Positions 18,221 through 26,034 of a DNA stretch of 32,000 bases are shown piece after piece; the stretch's first letter is position 1; each line of letters opens with the position of its first letter. This DNA is from Desulfotalea psychrophila LSv54. GTDB lineage: Bacteria; Desulfobacterota; Desulfobulbia; Desulfobulbales; Desulfocapsaceae. The notes under the pieces are model-generated. The model made no database searches and was not told the origin of the DNA. It worked only from the letters and a program-made list of their open reading frames with translations. The DNA is taken from contig NC_006138.1 in NCBI RefSeq assembly GCF_000025945.1, forward strand, positions 2,550,001 through 2,582,000, given 5' to 3'. Both the position numbers and the translations under genes were made by a program.

Positions 18221-18385
18221 TTATTCATCAATCTTAATAGCTTCCGATAAGAGCATTATCGGAATGCCATCTCGTACAGGATACAAAAGCTTACATTTTT
18301 CACAGACAAGTCCTTCGCCTACAAGCTGGACAGGCCCCTTGCATTCTGGACAGGCAAGAATATCAATTAGTTCTTGTTCAAGCAT
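18221..18385 (-). CDS. Trm112/YcaR-family (UPF0434) small zinc-ribbon-like protein
   Basis: Absent from the ORF track because it is under 60 aa. The minus-strand ATG at 18385 gives MLEQELIDILACPECKGPVQLVGEGLVCEKCKLLYPVRDGIPIMLLSEAIKIDE (54 aa). This shows the classic L.CP.CKG.L...CK..YP...GIP.ML..EA pattern. TAA at 18221-18223. Confidence 0.8.
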   Translation of the reverse strand: MLEQELIDILACPECKGPVQLVGEGLVCEKCKLLYPVRDGIPIMLLSEAIKIDE

Positions 18386-18588
18386 TATACCCTCATTATG
18401 GTGGCGGAAATAATTAGGTTAAACATTAATTATAATTTTTAAAAAAAAGAGTCTCTACACAAAGACTACACCATCTGGTAGTATACTCCGATGAAGCTAC
18501 AAAGCTCAAGATTTTTGCAGAGGGCTTCAGAGATAATAAACTGCTTTTTATAAGATATTTACCAAATAAAGATGGCAAAAAAAAGATT

Positions 18589-19407
18589 ATGACAACAGAA
18601 AATATAGGTTTTATCGGTGGCGGGCAAATGGCCGAAGCACTTATCAAAGGCCTTACCCAATCGGGCTCCTATCCTGCAGAAAACATCTATGTACTTGATC
18701 CCTCTCCAGAAAGAAAAGATTTCTTAACAGCCACCTATAATATCAACACCATTGAGGACTGTGGGGCTGCCTTTGCCACCTGTCAAAAGATCTTTCTCGC
18801 CGTTAAACCTCAGGTAATGTCCCTCGTATTACAAAATTGCCAAGGAATTATCAACGAAGATCATCTGCTTATTACCATCGCCGCCGGCCTCCCCATCTCG
18901 TCCTATGTAAAGACATTGGCCCTGCCCAGACTTAAAATTATCCGGGTAATGCCCAATACCCCCGCCTTGGTTGGACAGAGTGCCTCCGCCCTTACGGCAA
19001 GCCCCTATGTAAGCCAGGAAGAACTCGATAAAGTACAAAATATTTTTAATCAAATTGGCACAACAACGGTGCTCGAAGAGTGTCATCTTGATGCAGTCAC
19101 CGGCCTCAGTGGCTCGGGGCCTGCCTATGTTTTTTCCTTTATAGAGGCCCTTATTGATGCCGGTGTTGCCGAGGGACTCAATCGACAGGTTTCGACCAAT
19201 CTTGCCCTGCAAACCGTTGCGGGTTCCGTTGAGCTTCTCCGCCAAAATGGAGAACATCCAGCGGTGGAACGCGCCCGCGTCTCCTCTCCTGGTGGGACAA
19301 CAATAGCAGCATCCAAAATATTAGAGAGATCAGGTTTTCAGGCAATTATCATGGATGCCGTCGCTGCTGCAACTGAAAAATCAAAAGAGCTTGGCAAGGG
19401 GAAGTGA
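18589..19407 (+). CDS. proC: Pyrroline-5-carboxylate reductase ProC
   Basis: 272 aa. Supported by [32 protein letters not shown] and SPGGTT. Confidence 0.93.
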
Positions 19408-20279
19408 TGAATGTTTCCCAATCTGCCTTTGTCACCAGGGAAAAAATAACGCTGAAATGTGTGGGCATTGTTACCAAACCAGATTCCCCCGAAGCCGCTC
19501 AGTTTAGTAAGCAACTCTCCTGTTGGCTACACGATAGAGACATTGCCACTGGGATTAATGACATTGAGGAGCATATGGATCTTATCATCGCCCTGGGTGG
19601 CGATGGTACTCTGCTCCATATAGCAGAACTTGCAACCAAATATTCCATACCTGTCTTGGGTGTTAATTTTGGCAGTCTCGGATTTTTGGCAGAGGTCAAC
19701 AAAGATGATACCTTTGAATCCATCGAAAAAATCATCGCAGAAGAGACCATCATTGAAAATCGGCAGATGATCCGAAGCCGTGTCCTCAGCAAAAACAGCT
19801 CCAGTGGCTATCGTTTTGCCCTCAATGAGGTGGTCATTACCAAAAATGCCTTGGACAGGCTTCTTCACCTGTCAACCAAGGTTAACGATCAGTTGCTGAC
19901 CGACTACCGGGCAGATGGTCTTATTTTTTCAACGCCAACGGGGTCAACCGCCTACAACCTCTCCGCGGGGGGACCACTGGTCTACCCGGGACTTGCCACA
20001 ATACTTGTAACCCCTATCTGCCCTTTCATGCTGAGTAGCAGACCGCTGATTCTGCCCGCTGAAAAACTGATCAAAACCAAGTTTAAGGCTAGGGATAATA
20101 AGGAAGCGGCACAGGTACTGGTTGACGGCCAAAGTTTGTGGAAGATGCATAACGGAGATGAGTTGGAAATTGAAACGGCCGGCCACGCCCTCAAACTTAT
20201 TGTCTCTGATAGTCACAACTATTTTTCTATCCTCCGCAATAAACTTCACTGGGGAGTTGAAGACAAGAGAGATAAATAA
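19404..20279 (+). CDS. nadK: NAD(+) kinase NadK
   Basis: 291 aa. Supported by the GGDGTLL motif, NFGSLGFL and [21 protein letters not shown]. The start is GTG 19404 or ATG 19407, and either overlaps the proC stop. Confidence 0.92.
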
Positions 20280-20296
20280 AACCGACAGGCATGACA

Positions 20297-20333
20297 TTTT
20301 CACAGACTCTTCATCCAGAAGAGCCTGTGAAAA
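20297..20333. terminator. Bidirectional hairpin between convergent nadK and the sigma54 response regulator
   Basis: TTTTCACAG (20297-20305) pairs with CTGTGAAAA (20325-20333). An inner CTCTTC/GAAGAG pair extends the stem. The arms themselves supply T/A runs in both directions. Confidence 0.55.
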
Positions 20334-20337
20334 TTCG

Positions 20338-21729
20338 CTATTTCTTCTTTTTTAAACCATATTTTTTCAGCTTATACTGCAATAAACTCTTGGTAATACC
20401 AAGCTGGGACGCGGCCCTTGCCTGCACCTGATTGGATTCATCCAAGGCCTTAATAAGCATTCTCTCCTCAACAGCATAGAGAACCTCGTTAAGCCCCACC
20501 GATTCCGGGATAAAATTGCTGAGATCCCCGCCTGGTTGCCAATGATCCTCCTTATTATAGACCGTCTCCGGCTGTACATCTTCCACCATAATATTGCCTG
20601 CATCACAGAGAATGGCGGCTCTCTCAATGGTATTCTCAAGCTCACGCACATTACCATCCCAAGGAAGCCTTAGAAGAAGTTTCATTGCCTCTTCGCCGAC
20701 CACGAGATTCTCCAACTGCAAAATTTTTCTATACTTTTCTATAAAAAAGGCCACTAAAAGGGGCAAATCGTCTAGGCGCTCCCGAAGAGGGGGCAGATTC
20801 AGGTGAATAACGTTCAGGCGATAAAAAAGGTCTTCCCGAAAATGACCGGCTGCTACCTCTTCCTTAAGATCTTTATTAGAGGCACTTATCACCCGCACAT
20901 CAACATGAAGGGTCTTTGCCCCACCCACCCTCTCAAAACTCTTTTCCTGCAAGATACGAAGCAACTTCGATTGCAGTTCTAGCGGGATCTCACTGATCTC
21001 ATCAAGAAAAATAGTTCCACCTGCAGCAAGCTCAAAACGCCCCTTACGCATGGATGCGGCTCCAGTAAAGGCACCTTTTTCATGGCCAAAGAGTTCACTT
21101 TCAAGCAGGTTTGCCGAAAGGGCAGCACAGTTCACGGCAATAAAGGCCTCATCCCGCCGGGGACTGGTGGAGTGAACGGCTTGAGCGACAAGCTCTTTAC
21201 CCGTACCGCTTTCTCCTGTTATAAGAACCGAGGCAGGAGTTGGGGCAACCTTACGGATAAGTTTGTACACTCTCTGCATACTGGGACTCTTACCAACAAT
21301 ACCACTAAAGCAATCCTCACTCTGCAGTTGATGACGTAATCTCTTATTTTCTCGGATAAGAGAGTAATGGCGGGCAGCCCTGTAAATATTCACCAAGAGC
21401 TCATCGTTGGCAAACGGTTTAGCCAGATAACCAAAAGCGCCTGCCTGCATAGCCTTAACTGCCTTTTCCACCTCGGCGTGGGCTGTCATGATGAGCACCG
21501 GCAAATCCGGATTAAGTTCTTTTATCTGCTCCAAAAGGGCCATACCGTCCATACCGTCCATCTGCATATCGGTAATAACCAGATCAAGGTCTACCTCACG
21601 GCATATATCAAGTCCTGCCTTACCACTTCCAGCAGTAAAAACCTCCAGATCTTCATCACGTAATAGTTCTGAGAGAACGATCAGATAATTAGGCTCATCG
21701 TCTACTACCAGTATAGAGTAGCTACACAT
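20338..21729 (-). CDS. Sigma54-dependent response regulator (NtrC/AtoC family: REC + AAA+ + Fis-type HTH)
   Basis: REC domain (ILVVDDE...DLVITDMQMDGMDG...KP), AAA+ domain (GESGTGKE, GAFTGA, Walker B FLDEI) and C-terminal HTH (AASQLGITKSLLQYKLKKY). I prefer ATG 21729, which has AGGGA upstream, over the track start at 21774. Confidence 0.9.
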   Translation of the reverse strand: MCSYSILVVDDEPNYLIVLSELLRDEDLEVFTAGSGKAGLDICREVDLDLVITDMQMDGMDGMALLEQIKELNPDLPVLIMTAHAEVEKAVKAMQAGAFGYLAKPFANDELLVNIYRAARHYSLIRENKRLRHQLQSEDCFSGIVGKSPSMQRVYKLIRKVAPTPASVLITGESGTGKELVAQAVHSTSPRRDEAFIAVNCAALSANLLESELFGHEKGAFTGAASMRKGRFELAAGGTIFLDEISEIPLELQSKLLRILQEKSFERVGGAKTLHVDVRVISASNKDLKEEVAAGHFREDLFYRLNVIHLNLPPLRERLDDLPLLVAFFIEKYRKILQLENLVVGEEAMKLLLRLPWDGNVRELENTIERAAILCDAGNIMVEDVQPETVYNKEDHWQPGGDLSNFIPESVGLNEVLYAVEERMLIKALDESNQVQARAASQLGITKSLLQYKLKKYGLKKKK

Positions 21730-21757
21730 TATAATTCCCTGTTTGGATTGAATATTA

Positions 21758-22627
21758 TTATATTTTGTTCTCATCCTGCACAGGGGAGTACCGTTCCTTG
21801 CGCAAATAAAGCGTGGTCAGTAATTCTTCCGGGACACAAACATTTTTTCCTCCGGCAAGTTGAGTGCCAGCCCGAAAATTACCATGATAATCACTTCCAC
21901 CTGTGCAGATTAAATTATTCTCTCGGGCACAGCCTAAGAGCTGATCACGTCTTTTCCGAGAATGGGTGGGATAATAAGCCTCCACCCCGTCCACCCCCAG
22001 CTCACCGAGTTCGCCTATGACCTCGAAGAGATCTCTATCTCCCCTGTTCATATTAAAAGGATGAGCCAAGACCGTCACCCCTCCAGCCCTGTGTAAAACA
22101 TCAATTGCCCGTTGAATGGGAACTGTTTTACGGGGCACGTAGGCAGGCTTTCCAGGAGTCAGATAAAGGGCAAAGGCCTCCTTCATATTTTTCACCACAG
22201 CCTTGCGCACCAGTAATTTGGCAATATGAGGACGACCAAGCTGCCTGTTCTCCAAAAAGCATCTCTCCTCCTCAGCTGTTATCTTTACCCCCAAACTCAG
22301 CAGACTTTTTATAATAAGGCCATTTCTCGTCGCCCTACTTTCTTGTATTTCGGCAAGAAATGTCTGTAATTCAAAATTATTTTGATCAAAAAGATAACTC
22401 AAAAGATGAATATCCATACCATTATAGACAAGGCTCAACTCAACCCCTGAAAAAACGGTAAGGCCATACTGCTTCCCAGCACATAATGCTTCGGAAACAC
22501 TTAAGATATTATCATGATCTGTTATTGAGAGCGCATGAAGACCTTTACGTTTAGCAAGCTCTACCAGCTCAGTTGGGGTCATTGACCCATCAGAAAAACT
22601 TGAATGTACGTGCAGATCAATACTCAT
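21758..22627 (-). CDS. PHP-domain metal-dependent phosphoesterase (TrpH/YciV-like)
   Basis: 289 aa. The N-terminus IDLHVHSSFSDGSMTPTELVELAKRKGLHALSITDHDN, together with later HP and GGSDYHG motifs, is typical of the PHP family. Confidence 0.85.
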   Translation of the reverse strand: MSIDLHVHSSFSDGSMTPTELVELAKRKGLHALSITDHDNILSVSEALCAGKQYGLTVFSGVELSLVYNGMDIHLLSYLFDQNNFELQTFLAEIQESRATRNGLIIKSLLSLGVKITAEEERCFLENRQLGRPHIAKLLVRKAVVKNMKEAFALYLTPGKPAYVPRKTVPIQRAIDVLHRAGGVTVLAHPFNMNRGDRDLFEVIGELGELGVDGVEAYYPTHSRKRRDQLLGCARENNLICTGGSDYHGNFRAGTQLAGGKNVCVPEELLTTLYLRKERYSPVQDENKI

Positions 22628-22735
22628 ATTTAATATAGAAAATAAAATTTATAAAATGGCCCGTAAAAACTATGACCGCCTAAAAACCCACTAAGATTGA
22701 CTATACTGCATACTCGGCCTGCCGTGAATCTGATT

Positions 22736-22859
22736 TTTTCCATAATAGAATTAAGCCAGCCGAAAAAGGCCTCAAAAAAGAGACCTTTTATCCTTGCAAG
22801 GTCTTTGCCTATAGGTATACTTACCTCATAGCTAACAATTTTGTTGAGCTGATTTTTTT
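22736..22859 (+). repeat. Copy A of a duplicated ~124-nt intergenic promoter-like element
   Basis: Aligns with 24210-24332. By eye about four fifths of positions are identical. The last ~33 nt (ATAGcTAACAATTTTGTTGAGCTGATTTTTTT) differ at a single position. Confidence 0.8.
22794..22821 (+). promoter_or_regulatory. Putative sigma70 promoter inside repeat copy A
   Basis: TTGCAA (22794-22799), a 16-nt spacer, then TATACT (22816-22821). An AGCTAACAA/TTGTTgAGCT hairpin plus T7 run follows. Sequence pattern only. Confidence 0.4.
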
Positions 22860-22889
22860 CCCCTTAACCCCCCTACGGCAGGAGATTTT

Positions 22890-23124
22890 ATGAAACAGTC
22901 TTATTTGACTTTTAGCTGTTTTTTTCAGTCTCGTATTAGGTTGTGCAGTTTTTTCCACCCTTACCTTCGCAGCCACTGACAGTGGCCCACAGATAAGAAC
23001 AGCAGACAAGCAAAAATTGGCAACAGGCAAGCTGGCCATTGACCAGATGCAGGGTGGTGCCGAGCAGATACAACAGGAGCAAAAAGAACAAAAAAAACTA
23101 ATACGAAATGCAAAAAAAAAGTAG
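22890..23124 (+). pseudogene. Small secreted/lipoprotein-like ORF, paralogous at its 5' end to the ComEA-like gene and frameshifted as sequenced
   Basis: ATG 22890 follows AGGAGAT. The frame stops after 29 codons. Removing one T from the T4 run at 22910-22913 gives MKQSYLTLAVFFSLVLGCAVFSTLTFAATDSGPQ...EQKEQKKLIRNAKKK, ending at TAG 23122-23124. Confidence 0.5.
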
Positions 23125-23259
23125 CAGGACAGAGAGATGTATCGCTGAAAAAATCCCCCTATCCTTTTTTTTGCTGAACTAGGTTTTTTTTATAACTACC
23201 CCTGTCCATTTTCGACCTCACCATTTTTTATACCCACATCCCTATACTAAGGAGATCTT

Positions 23260-23592
23260 ATGAAACAATCTTATCTGATGTTAGCCGTTTTCCTCAGTCT
23301 CGTCTTAGGCTGCACAGCATTTTCTACCCTCACCTTCGCAGCAAAAACGGACGGTGGGCAGCAGACAATGGTAGCAAACATGGACAAGGCCACAGTCATG
23401 CAGAAGGTTAATGTAAATACTGCCAACAAGACGGAACTGATAAGAGTACCTGGAATCGGTAACAAAACAGCAGACTCTATCCTTAAGTACCGTAACGATC
23501 ACGGCAAATTTACAACCATTACCCAGCTCACCGAGGTTAAAGGCATTGGTTCAAAGAGTTTGAAAAAAATGGAGAAATATCTCTCTCTTTAA
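23260..23592 (+). CDS. comEA: ComEA-family helix-hairpin-helix DNA-binding protein with signal peptide
   Basis: 110 aa. Signal peptide MKQSYLMLAVFLSLVLGCTAFSTLTFA (possible lipobox VLGC). The HhH region is VNVNTANKTELIRVPGIGNKTADSILKYRNDHGKF..ITQLTEVKGIGSKSLKKM. Confidence 0.82.
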   Translation: MKQSYLMLAVFLSLVLGCTAFSTLTFAAKTDGGQQTMVANMDKATVMQKVNVNTANKTELIRVPGIGNKTADSILKYRNDHGKFTTITQLTEVKGIGSKSLKKMEKYLSL

Positions 23593-23612
23593 AGGTCATT
23601 ACAAAATTGAAC

Positions 23613-23649
23613 CGCCCCGGAGCTGCCCATGCCCGAGGCGATTTTTTTT
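23613..23649 (+). terminator. Rho-independent terminator after the ComEA-like gene
   Basis: The GC-rich stem CGCCcCGG / CCGaGGCG has one mismatch and a 12-nt loop. It is followed by A plus a T8 run (23642-23649). Confidence 0.7.
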
Positions 23650-23753
23650 GTCCCTGGCAAAAGAGAAAGATCGGTAATTTACCCTAAGCAGGTTATACTC
23701 CCCCGTATCGACTCCAAAAAAATTAAGATGAACAAGCTACGGGAAGGAGCAGA

Positions 23754-24059
23754 ATGATTAACAAGGCAAATCTTAAGTCTACCCTGCAAAAACGGATGGG
23801 CCAGTTAGAGGAGGGACAGCTCCTCGCCTTTCTCACCTTCAAAAGGGACAGAACCATTTATATCCTACGGCAGAATGGCAAAACATTTGCCCTCTACCAG
23901 GATGGATTTGAAAAAAAAAGCTATGAAGGACTTGAACCGGCAAAACTGTTAAAGATCTTTAAGACAGCCGCCAAAAAAGAATTCCCCAGAAGCAATAAGA
24001 TCCATATCTCCATCCTCTCCCAGGCCGCATTTCAAGAAAAGCTAAACCGTTTATCTTAA
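23754..24059 (+). CDS. Hypothetical protein, 101 aa, no family recognised
   Basis: ATG is preceded by GGGAAGGAG. The ORF is Lys-rich and has no signal peptide or TM segment. I recognise no motif. Confidence 0.5.
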   Translation: MINKANLKSTLQKRMGQLEEGQLLAFLTFKRDRTIYILRQNGKTFALYQDGFEKKSYEGLEPAKLLKIFKTAAKKEFPRSNKIHISILSQAAFQEKLNRLS

Positions 24060-24108
24060 AACCTTGTGCCCCTTTCACCTCAGAATCAACAAGTAGAGGA
24101 GACAAAGT

Positions 24109-24219
24109 ATGTCAGAGCCTGCCCTTTTGCAAAATTCGTTTGCAGATTATAAGCAGGATGGGATCTATTTTCTACTGTGTCTTGAGCAGGACATCGTCTA
24201 TATTATGCTTTTTCCATAG
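24109..24219 (+). other. 36-codon ORF, possible remnant of a GIY-YIG nuclease N-terminus
   Basis: GAGGAG lies 7 nt upstream of ATG 24109. The translation MSEPALLQNSFADYKQDGIYFLLCLEQDIVYIMLFP contains GIY-x10-YIM, resembling the GIY...YIG motif spacing. The stop lies at the start of repeat copy B. Confidence 0.25.
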
Positions 24220-24332
24220 CAGAATTAAGCCGACAAAAAAAGCTCTACAAAAAGAACCTTTTATCCTTGCACGTCTTTATCCTTAGGTATAATCAACGTA
24301 TAGTTAACAATTTTGTTGAGCTGATTTTTTTT
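24210..24332 (+). repeat. Copy B of the duplicated promoter-like element
   Basis: See copy A. It lies directly upstream of the GltS-FMN-like gene. Confidence 0.8.
24267..24293 (+). promoter_or_regulatory. Putative sigma70 promoter inside repeat copy B
   Basis: TTGCAC (24267-24272), a 15-nt spacer, then TATAAT (24288-24293). An AGTTAACAA/TTGTTgAGCT hairpin plus T8 run follows. Sequence pattern only. Confidence 0.4.
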
Positions 24333-24395
24333 ATCGGGAAGATGGTTGTATCATCCTGCCAAACGTTGAAAACGTTAAAAATAAAGGTAGCGACT

Positions 24396-25925
24396 ATGTC
24401 CTATTCACCAACTTTAAGTTCCGGATTTACCTCTGCTAAAAATCGTAGTGTTTTTATATCTCCTCAATCAGGAATGTGCTCTTTTTGTACGGAAGACTGT
24501 GCCGGCACCTGTGAGTTAGCCTTGGCGGCGATACTAGGAGCACAAACAGTCTACCCTATGACAACTGGGAATAATCAAATAGCTTCGGAAAAAGATTATC
24601 CAATTGATTTTTCCCATTTTAACATCAATGGGCGGGTCTTCGGTGCTCAAGGCGTAGTTGAGAACTGCGAAGAGGCGACTATTTTCAATGTGAACCTTGA
24701 ACGCAGTTACGGAACATTTCACCCCGTTAAAATGTCAATGCCCGTCATACTTCCAGCCTTAATGAAACTCAACTGGCAGGACTATTTTGCCGGTGCTGCT
24801 ATGGCTGGTGTAACCTGTATAATTGGTGAGGATGCGAGAAATAATGATCCAAAGTTAAAGGTGACAAACGGCAAAATTGAGGAGTTTCCTCTTTTAGATA
24901 AAGCCCTTAATTGCTTTCGTCAATATTACAGAGGGTATGGTCAGATTGTTGTACAGTGCAATATAGAAGATAATCTTATGGGTGTACCCCAAATTGCTCT
25001 GCAAAAATACGGCGCGGAGGCGATAGAGATCAAATTCGGTCAAGCTGCAAAAGGCACCCAACCGGTTAAGCGGCTAAGGGATATTGAGACAGCAATTGCG
25101 AGACAAAAACTCGGTGATCTGGTCCATCCAGACCCCTCAGATCCCGCCATCCAAAAAGCATATCGTAACGGCGTTTGCCCTAATTTCAACACCTATGGCA
25201 GACTACCCCTATGGACAGAAGAATCTCTTATCGCTCATATCGCAAAATTACGGGATTGGGGCGCAAAAAATATCTACTTTAAAATGGCAGGATACGATAA
25301 GACCGATATAGAACGTGTCCTTCGAATTGCCTGTAAGGCAAAGGTCGATATGATAACCTTTGATGGGGCTGGAGGAGGTTCCGGGTATAGTCCGGCAAAG
25401 ATGATGAACGAATGGTCTCTACCAACGGTTTGCCTGGAAGATATAGTTGTTCGTATTTCTACTCAGCTTAAAGAAGAGGGGGAAACGCTACCTGCCCTTG
25501 TTATGACTGGTGGTTTTGCCAGTGAAGATCAAGTGTTTAAAGGACTGGCATACGGTGATGGTCATATGCTTGCCATTGGCCTATGCCGGGCAGCAATGGC
25601 CGCGGCCATGACTGGTAAAAATATTGGCGAGCAAATCAAAAGCGGCAATGTACCTGAAAGATTTAAAAAATATGGGTCAACGATTGAAGAAATATTTTGT
25701 GACCTTCCTGATTTACGCGCCCTCTATGGAACAAGGGCAAATGATTTTCCTTCAGGAGCCATAGGCGTCTTTTCTTACCTCAACAAAATAGCATTTGGCC
25801 TGCGCCACTTTGCTGCTCTGAATCGAAAATTTAATCTGCCTCTTTTAGACAAAAGTGATCTCATTCCTCTCACCGCAGAGGCAAAGGCTCTTATGGCAGA
25901 TAAGTGGTTTATGTCTCCTCGCTGA
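24396..25925 (+). CDS. Stand-alone glutamate-synthase-type FMN-binding domain protein (GltS FMN domain family)
   Basis: FDGAGGGSGYSP resembles the GltB G-GGTGA-P FMN-domain block, and there is TIM-barrel-like periodicity. I prefer ATG 24396 (AAAGGTAG upstream) to the track's TTG 24267, which falls inside the promoter-like repeat. The N-terminus carries CSFCTEDCAGTC. Confidence 0.75.
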   Translation: MSYSPTLSSGFTSAKNRSVFISPQSGMCSFCTEDCAGTCELALAAILGAQTVYPMTTGNNQIASEKDYPIDFSHFNINGRVFGAQGVVENCEEATIFNVNLERSYGTFHPVKMSMPVILPALMKLNWQDYFAGAAMAGVTCIIGEDARNNDPKLKVTNGKIEEFPLLDKALNCFRQYYRGYGQIVVQCNIEDNLMGVPQIALQKYGAEAIEIKFGQAAKGTQPVKRLRDIETAIARQKLGDLVHPDPSDPAIQKAYRNGVCPNFNTYGRLPLWTEESLIAHIAKLRDWGAKNIYFKMAGYDKTDIERVLRIACKAKVDMITFDGAGGGSGYSPAKMMNEWSLPTVCLEDIVVRISTQLKEEGETLPALVMTGGFASEDQVFKGLAYGDGHMLAIGLCRAAMAAAMTGKNIGEQIKSGNVPERFKKYGSTIEEIFCDLPDLRALYGTRANDFPSGAIGVFSYLNKIAFGLRHFAALNRKFNLPLLDKSDLIPLTAEAKALMADKWFMSPR

Positions 25926-25936
25926 AAGATATGATC

Positions 25937-25974
25937 TGTAGAGGTGAGTGAAATTGAGATCACTCACCTCTACA
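25937..25974. terminator. Perfect 15-bp hairpin between the convergent GltS-like gene and map
   Basis: TGTAGAGGTGAGTGA (25937-25951) pairs with TCACTCACCTCTACA (25960-25974) around an 8-nt loop. No strong U-tract. Confidence 0.5.
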
Positions 25975-26034
25975 AAGGATAAGGGGGAGGGAATAGCCCC
26001 CGTAAATTTATCAGGACTGCCTGCTAAGGACTTC

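Noticed and set aside
23728-23757. 9-codon uORF (MNKLREGAE) whose TGA overlaps the ATG of the 101-aa ORF
   Set aside because: It has no RBS of its own and is composed largely of the downstream gene's Shine-Dalgarno region. It is most likely coincidental.
24267-24395. 43-codon N-terminal extension of the GltS-like ORF in the track (TTG start at 24267)
   Set aside because: The TTG is the -35-like hexamer of the duplicated noncoding element, and the extension would be translated from repeat sequence. ATG 24396 has a purine-rich RBS and begins the conserved part.
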